Part shown: piece by piece, positions 22,416 through 32,849 of the stretch
Layout of the letters: every line of letters starts with the position of its first letter
Position numbering within the stretch: the first letter of the stretch is position 1
From: an uncultured Gemmatimonadales bacterium
GTDB taxonomy: Bacteria; Gemmatimonadota; Gemmatimonadetes; Gemmatimonadales; JACORV01
Assembly: GCA_963718005.1 (NCBI GenBank)
Contig: CAVQXV010000007.1
Coordinates: 1,157-65,156 of the forward strand
Length of the DNA: 64,000 nucleotides
Reading direction: 5' to 3'
Made by a program: the position numbers and the translations under genes
Notes under the pieces: generated by a model
Seen by the model: the letters and a program-made list of their open reading frames with translations, nothing else
What the model was told of the DNA's origin: nothing
The model's database searches: none

Positions 22416-23064
22416 TCAGCCGGCGAGCGCCGCCTTCACCGCCTGGACCACGTCGGCCGCGGCGAACCCGCGGCGCAGGAGGTAGGTCTTGAGCCGCCGC
22501 CGGCGCACCAGCGGGTCCACGTCGCGCAGGGTCTGGAGCTTGCGCGCGGCGGCCTCCTTCAACAGCTCGCCGGCGTCCACGCCCTCGCTGGCCATCGCTT
22601 CACTCACCGCGCGATCGGCCTCGTCCTGCGCGATGCCCAGCCGCCGGAGGTCGCGCGACAGGCGCGCGGGCCCGTAGCGGAAGCGCCGGGCCCGGGTGCG
22701 GGCGAAGTGCCGCGCGAATTCCGCGTCGTTGATGAGGCCGGCGCGCCACCAGGGAGCCGACGGCCTCGCCCGCGGTGGCGGGCACGTACCCCTTCCGCAC
22801 CAGCCGCCGCTCGATCTCGGTCGAGGGCAGCGCGCGGAAGGCGAGGATGCGGAGGGCGCCCAGGCGCGCCGCGAACACCTCGGCGCGCCGCTCCACGCGC
22901 TCCAGCGCGTCGGGCGCGAGCGCGGCGCCTTCCACCAGGCCCAGGTCGCGCACGTCGGCCGCGGCGACCAGGGCGAACGACGCGCCGTCCAGGAAGACGG
23001 TGAACCCGCCGCTGCCGCGCGGGTCGGGCAGGATCGCCGTGACGGTGGGCACTACGTCACTCAC
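22416..23064 (-). CDS. recX: recombination regulator RecX, frameshift near 22740
   Basis: ORF 22600-23064 gives the N-terminus ([36 protein letters not shown]). ORF 22416-22607 and an intervening frame give [32 protein letters not shown] ... [24 protein letters not shown]. The gene overlaps the recA 3' end. Confidence 0.7.
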
Positions 23065-24106
23065 TGATCTCTTCGGGCGCTTCCTCCGGCAGGGGCACCG
23101 CCTTCATGCCCAGGCCGTCCTTCACCTTGCCCTCGATCTCCGCCATCAGCGCCGGGTTGTCCTTGAGGAACAGCTTGGTGTTCTCGCGGCCCTGCCCGAT
23201 GCGCTGGTCGTTGTACGCGTACCAGGCGCCCGACTTCACGATCACGCCCAGCTCGGCGGCGATGTCCACCAGCAGCGCGGCGTGGCTGATGCCCTCGTCG
23301 AACATGATGTCGAACTCCGCCTGCCGGAACGGCGGCGCGACCTTGTTCTTCACCACCTTCACGCGGGTGTGGTTGCCGATCACCACGTCGCGCTCCTTCA
23401 CCGGGCCGATGCGCCGCATGTCCAGCCGCACCGAGGCGTAGAACTTGAGCGCCCGCCCGCCGCTCGTGGTCTCGGGGTTGCCGAACAGGATGCCGACCTT
23501 CTCCCGCAGCTGGTTGATGAAGATGACCGACGTCCTGGAGCGGTTGATCCCGCCGGCCAGCTTGCGCAGCGCCTGGCTCATCAGCCGGGCCTGCAGGCCG
23601 ACGTGGGTGTCGCCCATCTCGCCCTCGATCTCCGCCTTGGGCACCAGCGCGGCCACCGAGTCAATCACGATCACGTCCACCGCGCCCGAGCGGACCAGGA
23701 TGTCGGTGATCTCGAGCGCCTGCTCGCCCGTGTCGGGCTGGGAGATGAGGAGGTTGTCCACGTCCACGCCGAGCTTGCGGGCGTAGTCCACGTCCAGCGC
23801 GTGCTCCGCGTCCACGTACGCGGCGACCCCGCCGGCCTTCTGCGCGTTGCCCGCCACGTGCAGGGCGAGCGTGGTCTTGCCCGACGACTCCGGGCCGAAG
23901 ATCTCCGTCACCCGCCCGCGCGGGATGCCGCCCACGCCGATGGCCGCGTCGAGGTTGATGGCGCCGGTCGAGATCGCGTCCACCTTGACCCGCGCCCGCT
24001 CGTTGCCCATCCGCATGATCGAGCCCTTGCCGCAGGTCTTCTCGATCTGGGCAATCGCCAAGTTCAGCGCCTTCCGGCGGTCGTCCTGTTGCCCTTCCGC
24101 AGCCAT
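23057..24106 (-). CDS. recA: recombinase RecA
   Basis: Intact 349-aa ORF with [38 protein letters not shown] and [11 protein letters not shown]. Confidence 0.97.
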   Translation of the reverse strand: MAAEGQQDDRRKALNLAIAQIEKTCGKGSIMRMGNERARVKVDAISTGAINLDAAIGVGGIPRGRVTEIFGPESSGKTTLALHVAGNAQKAGGVAAYVDAEHALDVDYARKLGVDVDNLLISQPDTGEQALEITDILVRSGAVDVIVIDSVAALVPKAEIEGEMGDTHVGLQARLMSQALRKLAGGINRSRTSVIFINQLREKVGILFGNPETTSGGRALKFYASVRLDMRRIGPVKERDVVIGNHTRVKVVKNKVAPPFRQAEFDIMFDEGISHAALLVDIAAELGVIVKSGAWYAYNDQRIGQGRENTKLFLKDNPALMAEIEGKVKDGLGMKAVPLPEEAPEEISE

Positions 24107-24123
24107 CAGAACCTCGGAGTACG

Positions 24124-24176
24124 GAGTTCAGATACAGTTGCGAGACGCCAAGTTGCGAGTGGTTACGAGTTACCAG
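24124..24176 (-). promoter_or_regulatory. conserved leader element (copy 1), 18-70 nt upstream of the recA ATG
   Basis: The plus strand reads GAGTTCAGATACAGTTGCGAGACGCCAAGTTGCGAGTGGTTACGAGTTACCAG. A near-identical copy lies at 63115-63159 upstream of radC. Confidence 0.5.
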
Positions 24177-24209
24177 CGTGAGAGTCAGAACCCGCCCCGT
24201 GCGGCCTCT

Positions 24210-24239
24210 CCCACCACCTACAACCCACAACCTACCACC
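24210..24239. repeat. heptad tract CCCACCA CCTACAA CCCACAA CCTACCA CC in the yraN-recA spacer
   Basis: Four degenerate CCYACMA heptads. The minus (recA sense) strand reads GGTGGTAGGTTGTGGGTTGTAGGTGGTGGG. Confidence 0.6.
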
Positions 24240-24309
24240 TGTCTTGTCCCACCCGAATATATACCGAAACGCGAATCCCGCCAGCCTCCGGGAGCCCGGC
24301 ATGCGTCTC

Positions 24310-24693
24310 TCATCTCCAGCCGGGGCGAAACGCATCCTCCAGCCACTCCAGCTTGCCATCCGTGACCGTGATGACGTCGAATCGGATGCTGTCCCAGGCC
24401 CGGGCGTGGCGCGTCAGCCAGACGGAGGCGGTGCGGACCAGGTGGGCCTGCTTGCGGGCCGTGACGGCCTCCGAGGCGGCCCCGAACCGCTCGTCGGCCC
24501 TCGACTTGACCTCGACGAAGACGACCACCGCGCCGCGGCGCGCCACCAGGTCCACGTCCGAATGCCCGTAGCGGAACCGCTGCTCGAGGACCTGGTAGCC
24601 GGCGACGCGCAGCGCGTCCGCCGCCCGCGCCTCAGCGGCCGCGCCCTGCCGGTGACGAGGGTCCTTCCAGGTCGAAGGGTCGCTCTTGAGCAC
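24310..24693 (-). CDS. yraN: YraN family protein (UPF0102, predicted endonuclease)
   Basis: GAAAEARAADALRVAGYQVLEQRFRYGHSDVDLVARRGAVVVFVEVKSR ... AVTARKQAHLVR ... IRFDVITV, the typical YraN pattern. Confidence 0.8.
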   Translation of the reverse strand: MLKSDPSTWKDPRHRQGAAAEARAADALRVAGYQVLEQRFRYGHSDVDLVARRGAVVVFVEVKSRADERFGAASEAVTARKQAHLVRTASVWLTRHARAWDSIRFDVITVTDGKLEWLEDAFRPGWR

Positions 24694-24859
24694 GGCGCCA
24701 ACCTACGCGCGCGCCATAGGCCCGCCGCATCGGAATCTTGCACCGAGGGCCGAAACTATGCGCGGCCCGACATCCGGTCACACCTGAGGCGCTACCCAGG
24801 CGGGGACGATGGTGTGAGGACGCGGTGCCGGCGTCGCCCGCCGGGATGGCACCGTTGCA

Positions 24860-24875
24860 ACTTCGTATACGAACT
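24860..24875. promoter_or_regulatory. 16-bp near-palindrome ACTTCGTATACGAACT (copy 3 of 3; reverse complement AGTTCGTATACGAAGT)
   Basis: It lies in the 440-bp non-coding gap between the ftsK stop and the yraN start, about 165 nt upstream of yraN. Confidence 0.4.
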
Positions 24876-25134
24876 CGACCGGTGCGGCAGGGGCGGGCTG
24901 ACGGCCCTCCCGCTTTATCCCGCCTCGCAGAAGAGGCGAACGGGGTCGCGTCCGGGTCAGGGGACGGCCAGCACGGCGATCGGCGCTGAGGGAGCCGCTG
25001 AGGAGGCCGACCGCGTCGAGTTCGTGAGAGCACGCTCGGCCCGGGGGGATTACCAGCGCTGCCCCGCCCGCAGCGCGCCCGGCTCACGGCCGATGAGCAG
25101 ATGCCGGCGCCGATCTCCGCGCCGGCCACCGAGT

Positions 25135-27397
25135 TCAATACGGGCCGACGCGGTCGAGGTCGTCCAGCCCGGCGGTGACCTGCCGGGCCTTGGAGCCGTC
25201 CGGCGGCCCGAGGATGCCGGCGTCGTGCAGCTGGTCGATAATGCGCGCCGCGCGCCCGTAGCCGATCTTGAGCCGGCGCTGCAGCAGCGAGGTGGAGCCG
25301 AGCTGGTTCTGGATGCAGCACTCCGCCGCCTGGCGGAACAGCGGGTCGTGCTCGCCGGCCGGGGCGATGTCCGGACCGCCGTCGCCCTCGCCCTCTTCCT
25401 CGGCGATCCGCGCGCGCACCACCTCCAGGATGTCGGCCTCGCCGCCGATCCCCTCGCCGGCTTCCTCCGCCGCCTCGGCCGCCGCCGCCGCGATCCGCTC
25501 CTCGCGCCGCGCGTCGAACCAGTGCATCAGCTTCTCGGTCTCGTCGGTGCCCACGTACGCGCCCTGCAGCCGCATCAGGTCGCTCTTGCCCGGCGGCATG
25601 AAGAGCATGTCGCCGTTCCCGAGCAGCGCCTCGGCGCCGTTCTGGTCGAGGATGGTCCGGCTGTCCACCTTCGACGCCACGCGGAAGGCGATGCGGCAGG
25701 GAAAGTTCGCCTTGATGAGGCCGGTAATGACGTTCACCGACGGACGCTGCGTCGCCAGCACCAGGTGGATGCCGATGGCGCGCGCCTTCTGCGCCAGGAG
25801 CGCCAGCGGCGTCTCGACCTCGGCCTGCACCGTCATGATGAGATCGGCCAGCTCGTCCACGAACAGGATGACGTAGGGGAGCGGCCCCTCCTCGTACGCC
25901 TCGCCGTTGGGCTTGACGACCTTGGCGGGGTCTTCGGCCAGCTTGCGGTTGAAGTCGAGCAGGTTGCGCGCCGAGTTCGCGTGCAGCAGTTCGTAGCGGT
26001 CCTGCATCTCCCACACGGCCCACTTGAAGACGTGCGCGGCGTCCTTGTTGTCGGTCACCACCGTGTGCCTGAGGTGCGGCAGCGCGTTGTACATCGAGAG
26101 CTCGACCATCTTGGGGTCGATCATCAGCATCCGGAGCTCGGCCGGCGTGTAGCGATAGACCAGGCTCGTGATGATGGTGTTGATGCAGACCGACTTGCCG
26201 GAGCCGGTGGCGCCCGCGATCAAGAGGTGCGGCATCTTGGCGAGATCGGCGATGATCGCGCGCCCCTCGAGGTCGCGGCCCAGCGCGATGGGCAGCGACA
26301 GGCGCTGGCTGGCGCGCGACCACTCCTGCGCCTCGAGCAGCTCGCGGAATCCCACCACCCGCGGCGTGGGATTCGGCACCTCCACGCCCACCGCGCCCTT
26401 GCCCGGGATCGGCGCGACGATGCGGATGGACTGCGCGCGCATGGTGAGCGCGAGGTCGTCGGCCAACGCCGCGATGCGGCCCACCTTGACGCCCGCCGCC
26501 GGCACGACTTCGTACTGCGTCACCACCGGGCCGGTCGTGCGCCCCGCGATGGTCCCCTCGACCTTGAACTGCTTGAGCGTGTCGAGCAGCACCGCCTGGA
26601 GCCGGTCGAGCTCGGACTCGAAGTTGGCGGCCTGAGGAGCCGGGGGGTTGAGCAAGTCGATGGGCGGGAGCTCGTCCGCCAAGACCGCCGTTGGTGGGTG
26701 GTGGGTTGTGGGTTGTGGACCACCGCCCTTCCGGCCCGCGCTTGGCCGGCAGGCGCACCTCGGCGGCCTCGGCGTCTTCCTCGTCCGCGGCGGCGAACAG
26801 GTCCTCCGCCATCTCTTCGGGCGGCGGAGCCGGTTCGGCGGGCGGAGTTTCCAAAACCTGCAACCCACTACCCACAACCTGTTCTTTCTTTCTGAGCACC
26901 CCCAGCGGATTCCATCCCAAGGTGATGACCGTGAGGACGCTGAAGGCCCCCAGGGCCAGCAGCGCTTCGCCGACCGGGCCGAGGAAGTCCAGGGTGGAGG
27001 CGAGGAAGGCTCCGACGAGTCCCGCGAGCGGCGGGTAGCCCGTGCCCGCCGCGTAGGCGGCGCGGGTCGCGGCGCTGAACGTCTGGAAGCCGACGCCGAG
27101 GGCGAAGGGCACGGTGAACGCCAGCCCGAGCAGCAGCACCGTGAACCGGCGGCCCCACGAGCGGTCGAAATGCCCGAACAGCGCGACGGCCCAGCACAGG
27201 GGGATCAGCGGAACGGCGGCCGCCCCGACACCGAAGAGACCGCGGAGGGCGACGCCGAGGGTGACGCCGGCGCTGCCGGTTAGCGGGACCCCGGGGATGG
27301 TCGCGAGCGCGAGGAAGGCGCCGGCGAGCAGGGCCCCGATGGCCCAGAGATCATCCTTCGTTCGAGCTTCGATACGCCGTGATTCTCCGGTCGGCAT
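25135..27397 (-). CDS. ftsK: DNA translocase FtsK, one frameshift in the linker near 26700-26760
   Basis: The N-terminal TM region lies in ORF 24632-27397 ([21 protein letters not shown] ...). The motor domain lies in ORF 25135-26877 ([45 protein letters not shown] ... [12 protein letters not shown] ... [29 protein letters not shown]) and ends with the winged-helix gamma domain ([23 protein letters not shown]). Confidence 0.9.
26691..26718. repeat. G/T heptad tract TTGGTGGGTGGTGGGTTGTGGGTTGTGG inside the ftsK linker
   Basis: Translated on the gene strand as [10 protein letters not shown]. It is an inverted partner of 26857-26881. Confidence 0.6.
26857..26881. repeat. C/A heptad tract CCTGCAACCCACTACCCACAACCTG inside the ftsK linker
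   Basis: The reverse complement, CAGGTTGTGGGTAGTGGGTTGCAGG, matches the tract at 26691-26718. It is translated as QVVGSGLQV. Confidence 0.6.
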
Positions 27398-28099
27398 AGA
27401 GAGGCAACACGGGGTGCGAGTCCTGCGTGGCGCAGGCCTCGAGGTCGGCGCGGAAGCCCAGCTCGAGCAATTCGCGCCCGTGGGCGCTGGCCCGGAGCGC
27501 GCGCACCCACCGCTCGCCGTAATGGCGGGCCAGCTCCAGCGCGGCCACCGCGCCGTCGTTCAGCGTCACCTGCTTGTGCGCGCCGTCGGGCAGCAGCGCC
27601 TTGGTGAGCCGCCCCGCCGCGAACGCGTCCTCGAGCGCGAACTGCTTGTCGCCGCCCGCGCACAGGATCACCAGGTCGCCGTACTGCTCCAGGGCGGCGC
27701 GCCCGCGCTCGGCCACGGCGGTGAAGTTGACCGCCGCCGCCGCGATGATCTCGCGCGCGCCGGTGGCCGCGATCAGCGCCGCGGTGCCGTTGCTGGTGGT
27801 CATCACGATGGTCTTGCCCGCCACGGCCTCGGCGCTGAACTCGGCCGGCGAGTTGCCCAGGGCGAAGCCGGGTATGCGCATGGACTTCCGCTCGCCCGCC
27901 AGCACCACGGCGTCGCGCTCGAGGTTCTGCGCGAGGCGCAGCGCCTCGTCGGTGGAGGCGGCCGGGAGGACCGCCTTCGCCCCGTTGGCGAGGGCCACCG
28001 CGATGGTGGTGGTGGCGCGGAGCACGTCCACGACCACGACCGTGCGACCGGCCAGGTCGGCCGGCGTGACGGCGATGGGCGCGTAGACGACGTCGATCT

Positions 28100-28103
<4 letters not shown>
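27351..28103 (-). CDS. comB: 2-phosphosulfolactate phosphatase family protein (ComB)
   Basis: The GTG at 28103 overlaps the accC stop (GTGA). The protein reads VKIDVVYAP ... [25 protein letters not shown] ... [19 protein letters not shown] ... TTSNGTAA. Confidence 0.75.
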
Positions 28104-29462
<1,359 letters not shown>

Positions 29463-29463
<1 letters not shown>

Positions 29464-30800
29464 CAGTGCGACAGCGGATCCCTGCTCAGGCCGGGGATGC
29501 CGGGATCGGACGTCGCCGCCGGCGTGGCGTCACCCGACCCGCCGGGCTCCAGCGGGGCCCCCGCCGCCCGGGTCCGCGACGGCCGCCTGCCGCCCGGGCC
29601 GCCGCCCTTCTCCTCGAAGCCCTCGAACGTGCGGTCGCTGGCGGCCGCGATGCCCTGGACCTGGAGCTGGAATTCGGTGGGGTTCGAGCAGTAGTACAGC
29701 GCGTGCTCGAGCGAGATGACGCGGTTGGTGTACCACTGCATCAGGCTCTGGTCGAACGACTGCATCCCGTACTGGATCGTGCCTTCCTTGATCAGGTCCG
29801 GGATCGCGAGCTGCGCCTTCATGTCGCGGATGTTCTCGCGCACCGCGGCGGTGTTGATCAGGATCTCGCACGCCGCCACCCGCGTGATGCCGTCGGTCGT
29901 GGGCACCAGCCGGAGCGAGATCACCGCCTGCAGGGCCGTCGAGAGCAGGTGGCGCACCTCCTCGTGCTGGTGCGGCGGGTAGAAGGAGATCACGCGGTTG
30001 ATGGTCTGGGTGGCGTCGGTGGTGTGGAGCGTGGAGAAGACGAGGTGGCCCGTGTCGGCGGCCTTGATCGCGGTGTCGAGCGTCTCCATGTCGCGGATCT
30101 CGCCCACCAGGATCACGTCGGGGTTCTGCCGCAGCACGTGGCGCAGCGCGTTGTGGAACGAGAGGGTGTCGGCGCCGATCTCCCGCTGGCTGATCATCGA
30201 GTTCACGTCGCGGTGCAGGAACTCGATCGGGTCCTCGATGGTGATGATGTTGATCGCGCGGTTCTGGTTGATGTGGTTGATCATCGCGGCGAGCGCGGTG
30301 GACTTGCCGCTGCCGGTGACGCCCGTGACCAGTACCAGGCCGCGCGGCTTCAGCGCGATGGCCTCGAGGATCTTGGGGAGCTTCAGCTCGTCGATGGTCT
30401 TGACTTCGTAGGGGATGACCCGGAAGGCGAAGGCCAGCGTGCCGCGCTGCCAGTAGATGTTGACCCGGAAGCGGCCCACGCCCGGCACGCCGATGGCGAA
30501 GTCGGCCTCCTTGGTCTCCATGAACTCCTTCAGCTGCCGCGGCTGCATCAGGTGCTCGGCCAGCAGCTTGAGGTCCTGCGGCGTCAGCGGCGTTCCGTCC
30601 GGCATCGGCACCAGCTCGCCGGCCACCCGCACCGTGGGCGGGCGGCCCACCTTGAGCAGGAGATCGGACCCCTTCTGTTCGACCATCCAGCGGATGGCCG
30701 CGGGGAAGAACGGCGGGGCGCCGGACTTGGGCGCGCCGCCCGGCGCCGGGGAGGCCGCACCCGGGGGGCTGAAGGGCTGGGACACGTGGGGATCAGACAC
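29463..30800 (-). CDS. pilT: type IV pilus twitching-motility ATPase PilT, with extra N- and C-terminal low-complexity extensions
   Basis: [25 protein letters not shown] (Walker A), [34 protein letters not shown] (Walker B and the Asp/His boxes), and AVISLRLV. The GTG at 30800 overlaps the accB stop by 8 nt, and the pilT stop shares one base with the accC ATG (TGATG). Confidence 0.85.
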
Positions 30801-31286
30801 TGGGCTCCACCCGGAAGAGAACCTGGCCGAACTCGACGGGCTGCGCGTCCTCGACGAGGATCTCACGCACCACGCCCGAGACCTCCGACTCCAACTCGTT
30901 CATGATCTTCATCGCTTCGATGATGCACAGCGTCTGGCCCGTGGCCACCCGGCTGCCGACCTTGGCGTAGGGCTCCGCGCCCGGCTCGGGCGAGCGGTAG
31001 AACGTGCCGACCATGGGCGACTTGACCTCGAGCAGCCGCGGACCCGCCGGCGCGGGCGCTGCACCGCGCTGCCGCGGCGCCGCCGCCGCCCCGGCGCGGC
31101 CGACCGGCACGCCGGCCGCCATCGGAGCACCCGGTGCCGTGAAGACGGTCCGGCGCCCTCGGGTCCGGCCCCGTGGGGCTCGCGGCTGACCCGATAGGTC
31201 GTGAAACCCTTGCGGATCTCGATGGTGGTGGCGCTCGACGCGTCGAGCAGCGCGAGCAGTTCCTTGAGGAGCGCGAGGTCGGTCAT
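30793..31286 (-). CDS. accB: acetyl-CoA carboxylase biotin carboxyl carrier protein, one frameshift near 31170
   Basis: The N-terminus ([36 protein letters not shown]) lies in one frame. The C-terminal biotinyl domain lies in ORF 30793-31452 (VKSPMVGTFYRSPEPGAEPYAKVGSRVATGQTLCIIEAMKIMNELESEVSGVV), and EAMKIM contains the biotin-attachment lysine (the EAMK motif). Confidence 0.85.
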
Positions 31287-32398
31287 CCAAGCACCAGGAG
31301 GTCTCGTGGGAATTGGGTGAGCAAGGTGGCGCCACCGGAGTCGAGGACGACGTCGTCTTCGATCCGGACGCCCCCCCAATCCGAATAATAGATGCCCGGC
31401 TCGACGGTGACCACCGCGCCTTCGGGCAGGGGCTGCTCCACCGTGCGCGCAAGTCGAGGTCCCTCGTGCACTTCCAGGCCCAGACCGTGGCCGAGGGAAT
31501 GGCCGAACGCGGGGCCGTGGCCGGCCGCGGCGATCACGTCGCGGGCCAGCGCGTCGCCCGCCCGCCCGGTGAGTCCGGGCCGGAGGCCGTCCAACGCCGC
31601 CTGCTGGGCACGCCGCACCACGCCGAACACGTCGCGCTGGCGCTCGGTGGGCGGCGCCCCCACCACGAAGGTGCGCGTCACGTCGGAGGCGTACCCGTCC
31701 ACCACCGCGCCGAAATCGAGCAACAGGAAGTCGCCGCGCTCGATGGCGCGCGCGGAGGTCCGCGCGTGGGGCAGGGCCGAGCGCGGGCCGGAGGCGACGA
31801 TCGAAGGGAACGGGTAGTCCTCGCTGCCGTGGCGCCGCAGCGCGCCTTCGAGCAGGGCCGCGACCTCGAGCTCGCTCTGGCCCGCCCGCACGGCCCCCGA
31901 CGCCTCTTCCAGCGCGGCGGTCGCCACCGCGCCCGCCGCCCGGATGGCCTCGACCTCTTCCGGCGCCTTCGCCACCCGCAGGCCCTCGACCAGCTCGGTC
32001 CGGGGCAGGAAGCGCCACGCGCCGGCCTCCTCCCCGCTCAACCGCTCCGCCTCGCGCACCGTCACCACGTGCCCCTCGTAGCCGACCGAGCGCACCAGCG
32101 GGTACTCGGGCAGGAGCTTGAGGAGCCGCTCCCAGTTGCCCGTGCCGTCGATGACGATGCGGGCCAGCGCGCCCACTTCCTCGCGCGACTGGGTGTCGTA
32201 GCGGAAATCGGTGATGAACAGGACGCCCTGGCGGCACACGAGCAGCAGGCCCGCGCTGCCGGAGAAGCCCGTCAGGTAGCGGATGTTCGGGGGATGCGTG
32301 ACGACCAGGGCGTCGAGGCCCTCGTCCCCGAGCCGGGACAGCAAGGCCTGGATCCGCTCACTTCTCCGGTCAGTCACCGGGCTCTCAAACCTCCACAC
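31283..32398 (-). CDS. pepP: Xaa-Pro aminopeptidase (M24B family)
   Basis: Intact ORF with [37 protein letters not shown] and [17 protein letters not shown]. An alternative GTG start lies at 32377. Confidence 0.85.
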   Translation of the reverse strand: MWRFESPVTDRRSERIQALLSRLGDEGLDALVVTHPPNIRYLTGFSGSAGLLLVCRQGVLFITDFRYDTQSREEVGALARIVIDGTGNWERLLKLLPEYPLVRSVGYEGHVVTVREAERLSGEEAGAWRFLPRTELVEGLRVAKAPEEVEAIRAAGAVATAALEEASGAVRAGQSELEVAALLEGALRRHGSEDYPFPSIVASGPRSALPHARTSARAIERGDFLLLDFGAVVDGYASDVTRTFVVGAPPTERQRDVFGVVRRAQQAALDGLRPGLTGRAGDALARDVIAAAGHGPAFGHSLGHGLGLEVHEGPRLARTVEQPLPEGAVVTVEPGIYYSDWGGVRIEDDVVLDSGGATLLTQFPRDLLVLG

Positions 32399-32849
32399 TC
32401 TTGGGCATCCCGGACGCGCCGCGGAGCCATTCGACCAGCCCCTCGAGCCCCAGGAGGTACGACTGCGGCCCGAAGCCCGCGACGACGCCCACGGCCAGGT
32501 CCGCGAGCAGCGACTTCCGCCGCTCCTCTTCCCGGCCCCAGATGTTGGTCAGGTGCACCTCGACGAACGGCACGGCGGCGGCCAGCACCGCGTCGCGGAT
32601 GGCGAGCGACGTGTGCGTGTACGCCGCGGCGTTGATGAGCGCCCCGTCGGCGCGCGAGCGCAGCGCCTGGATGGCCTCGACCAGCTCGCCCTCGTGATTG
32701 GACTGGAGCCACGACGTCTCGACGCCCAGCTGCCGGGCGCGCGCGTGCACCGACGCCTCGATCGCGCCCAGGGACGTGGTGCCGTAGCGCCCGGGTTCCC
32801 GAACCCCGAGCAAGTTGAGGTTCGGTCCATTGACCACCGTGATGTGCAC
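32385..32849 (-). CDS. aroQ: type II 3-dehydroquinate dehydratase
   Basis: Reading from the GTG at 32849: [23 protein letters not shown] ... [13 protein letters not shown] ... [16 protein letters not shown] ... VEVHLTNI. Confidence 0.9.
   Translation of the reverse strand: MHITVVNGPNLNLLGVREPGRYGTTSLGAIEASVHARARQLGVETSWLQSNHEGELVEAIQALRSRADGALINAAAYTHTSLAIRDAVLAAAVPFVEVHLTNIWGREEERRKSLLADLAVGVVAGFGPQSYLLGLEGLVEWLRGASGMPKSVEV

Noticed and set aside
24107-24176. A match of the recA leader to known LexA boxes: CTGT-N8-ACAG, GAAC-N4-GTTC, the cyanobacterial RGTAC-N3-DGTWCB, and the Myxococcus CTRHAMRYBYGTTCAGS.
   Set aside because: I checked each pattern by eye. The closest are GTAC-N3-GTTC (wrong spacing) and GTTC-N7-GTTG (one mismatch, and only in the recA copy). 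None matches in both copies, so I report the element as uncharacterised rather than as a known SOS box.
24856-24878. Resemblance of AACTTCGTATACGAA to the loxP arm (ATAACTTCGTATA), hinting at a Cre-like recombination site.
   Set aside because: The two half-sites abut, with only a 4-nt centre instead of an 8-bp spacer. No tyrosine recombinase is encoded in the window. The match is short enough to be coincidental. I keep it only as a palindromic protein-binding candidate.
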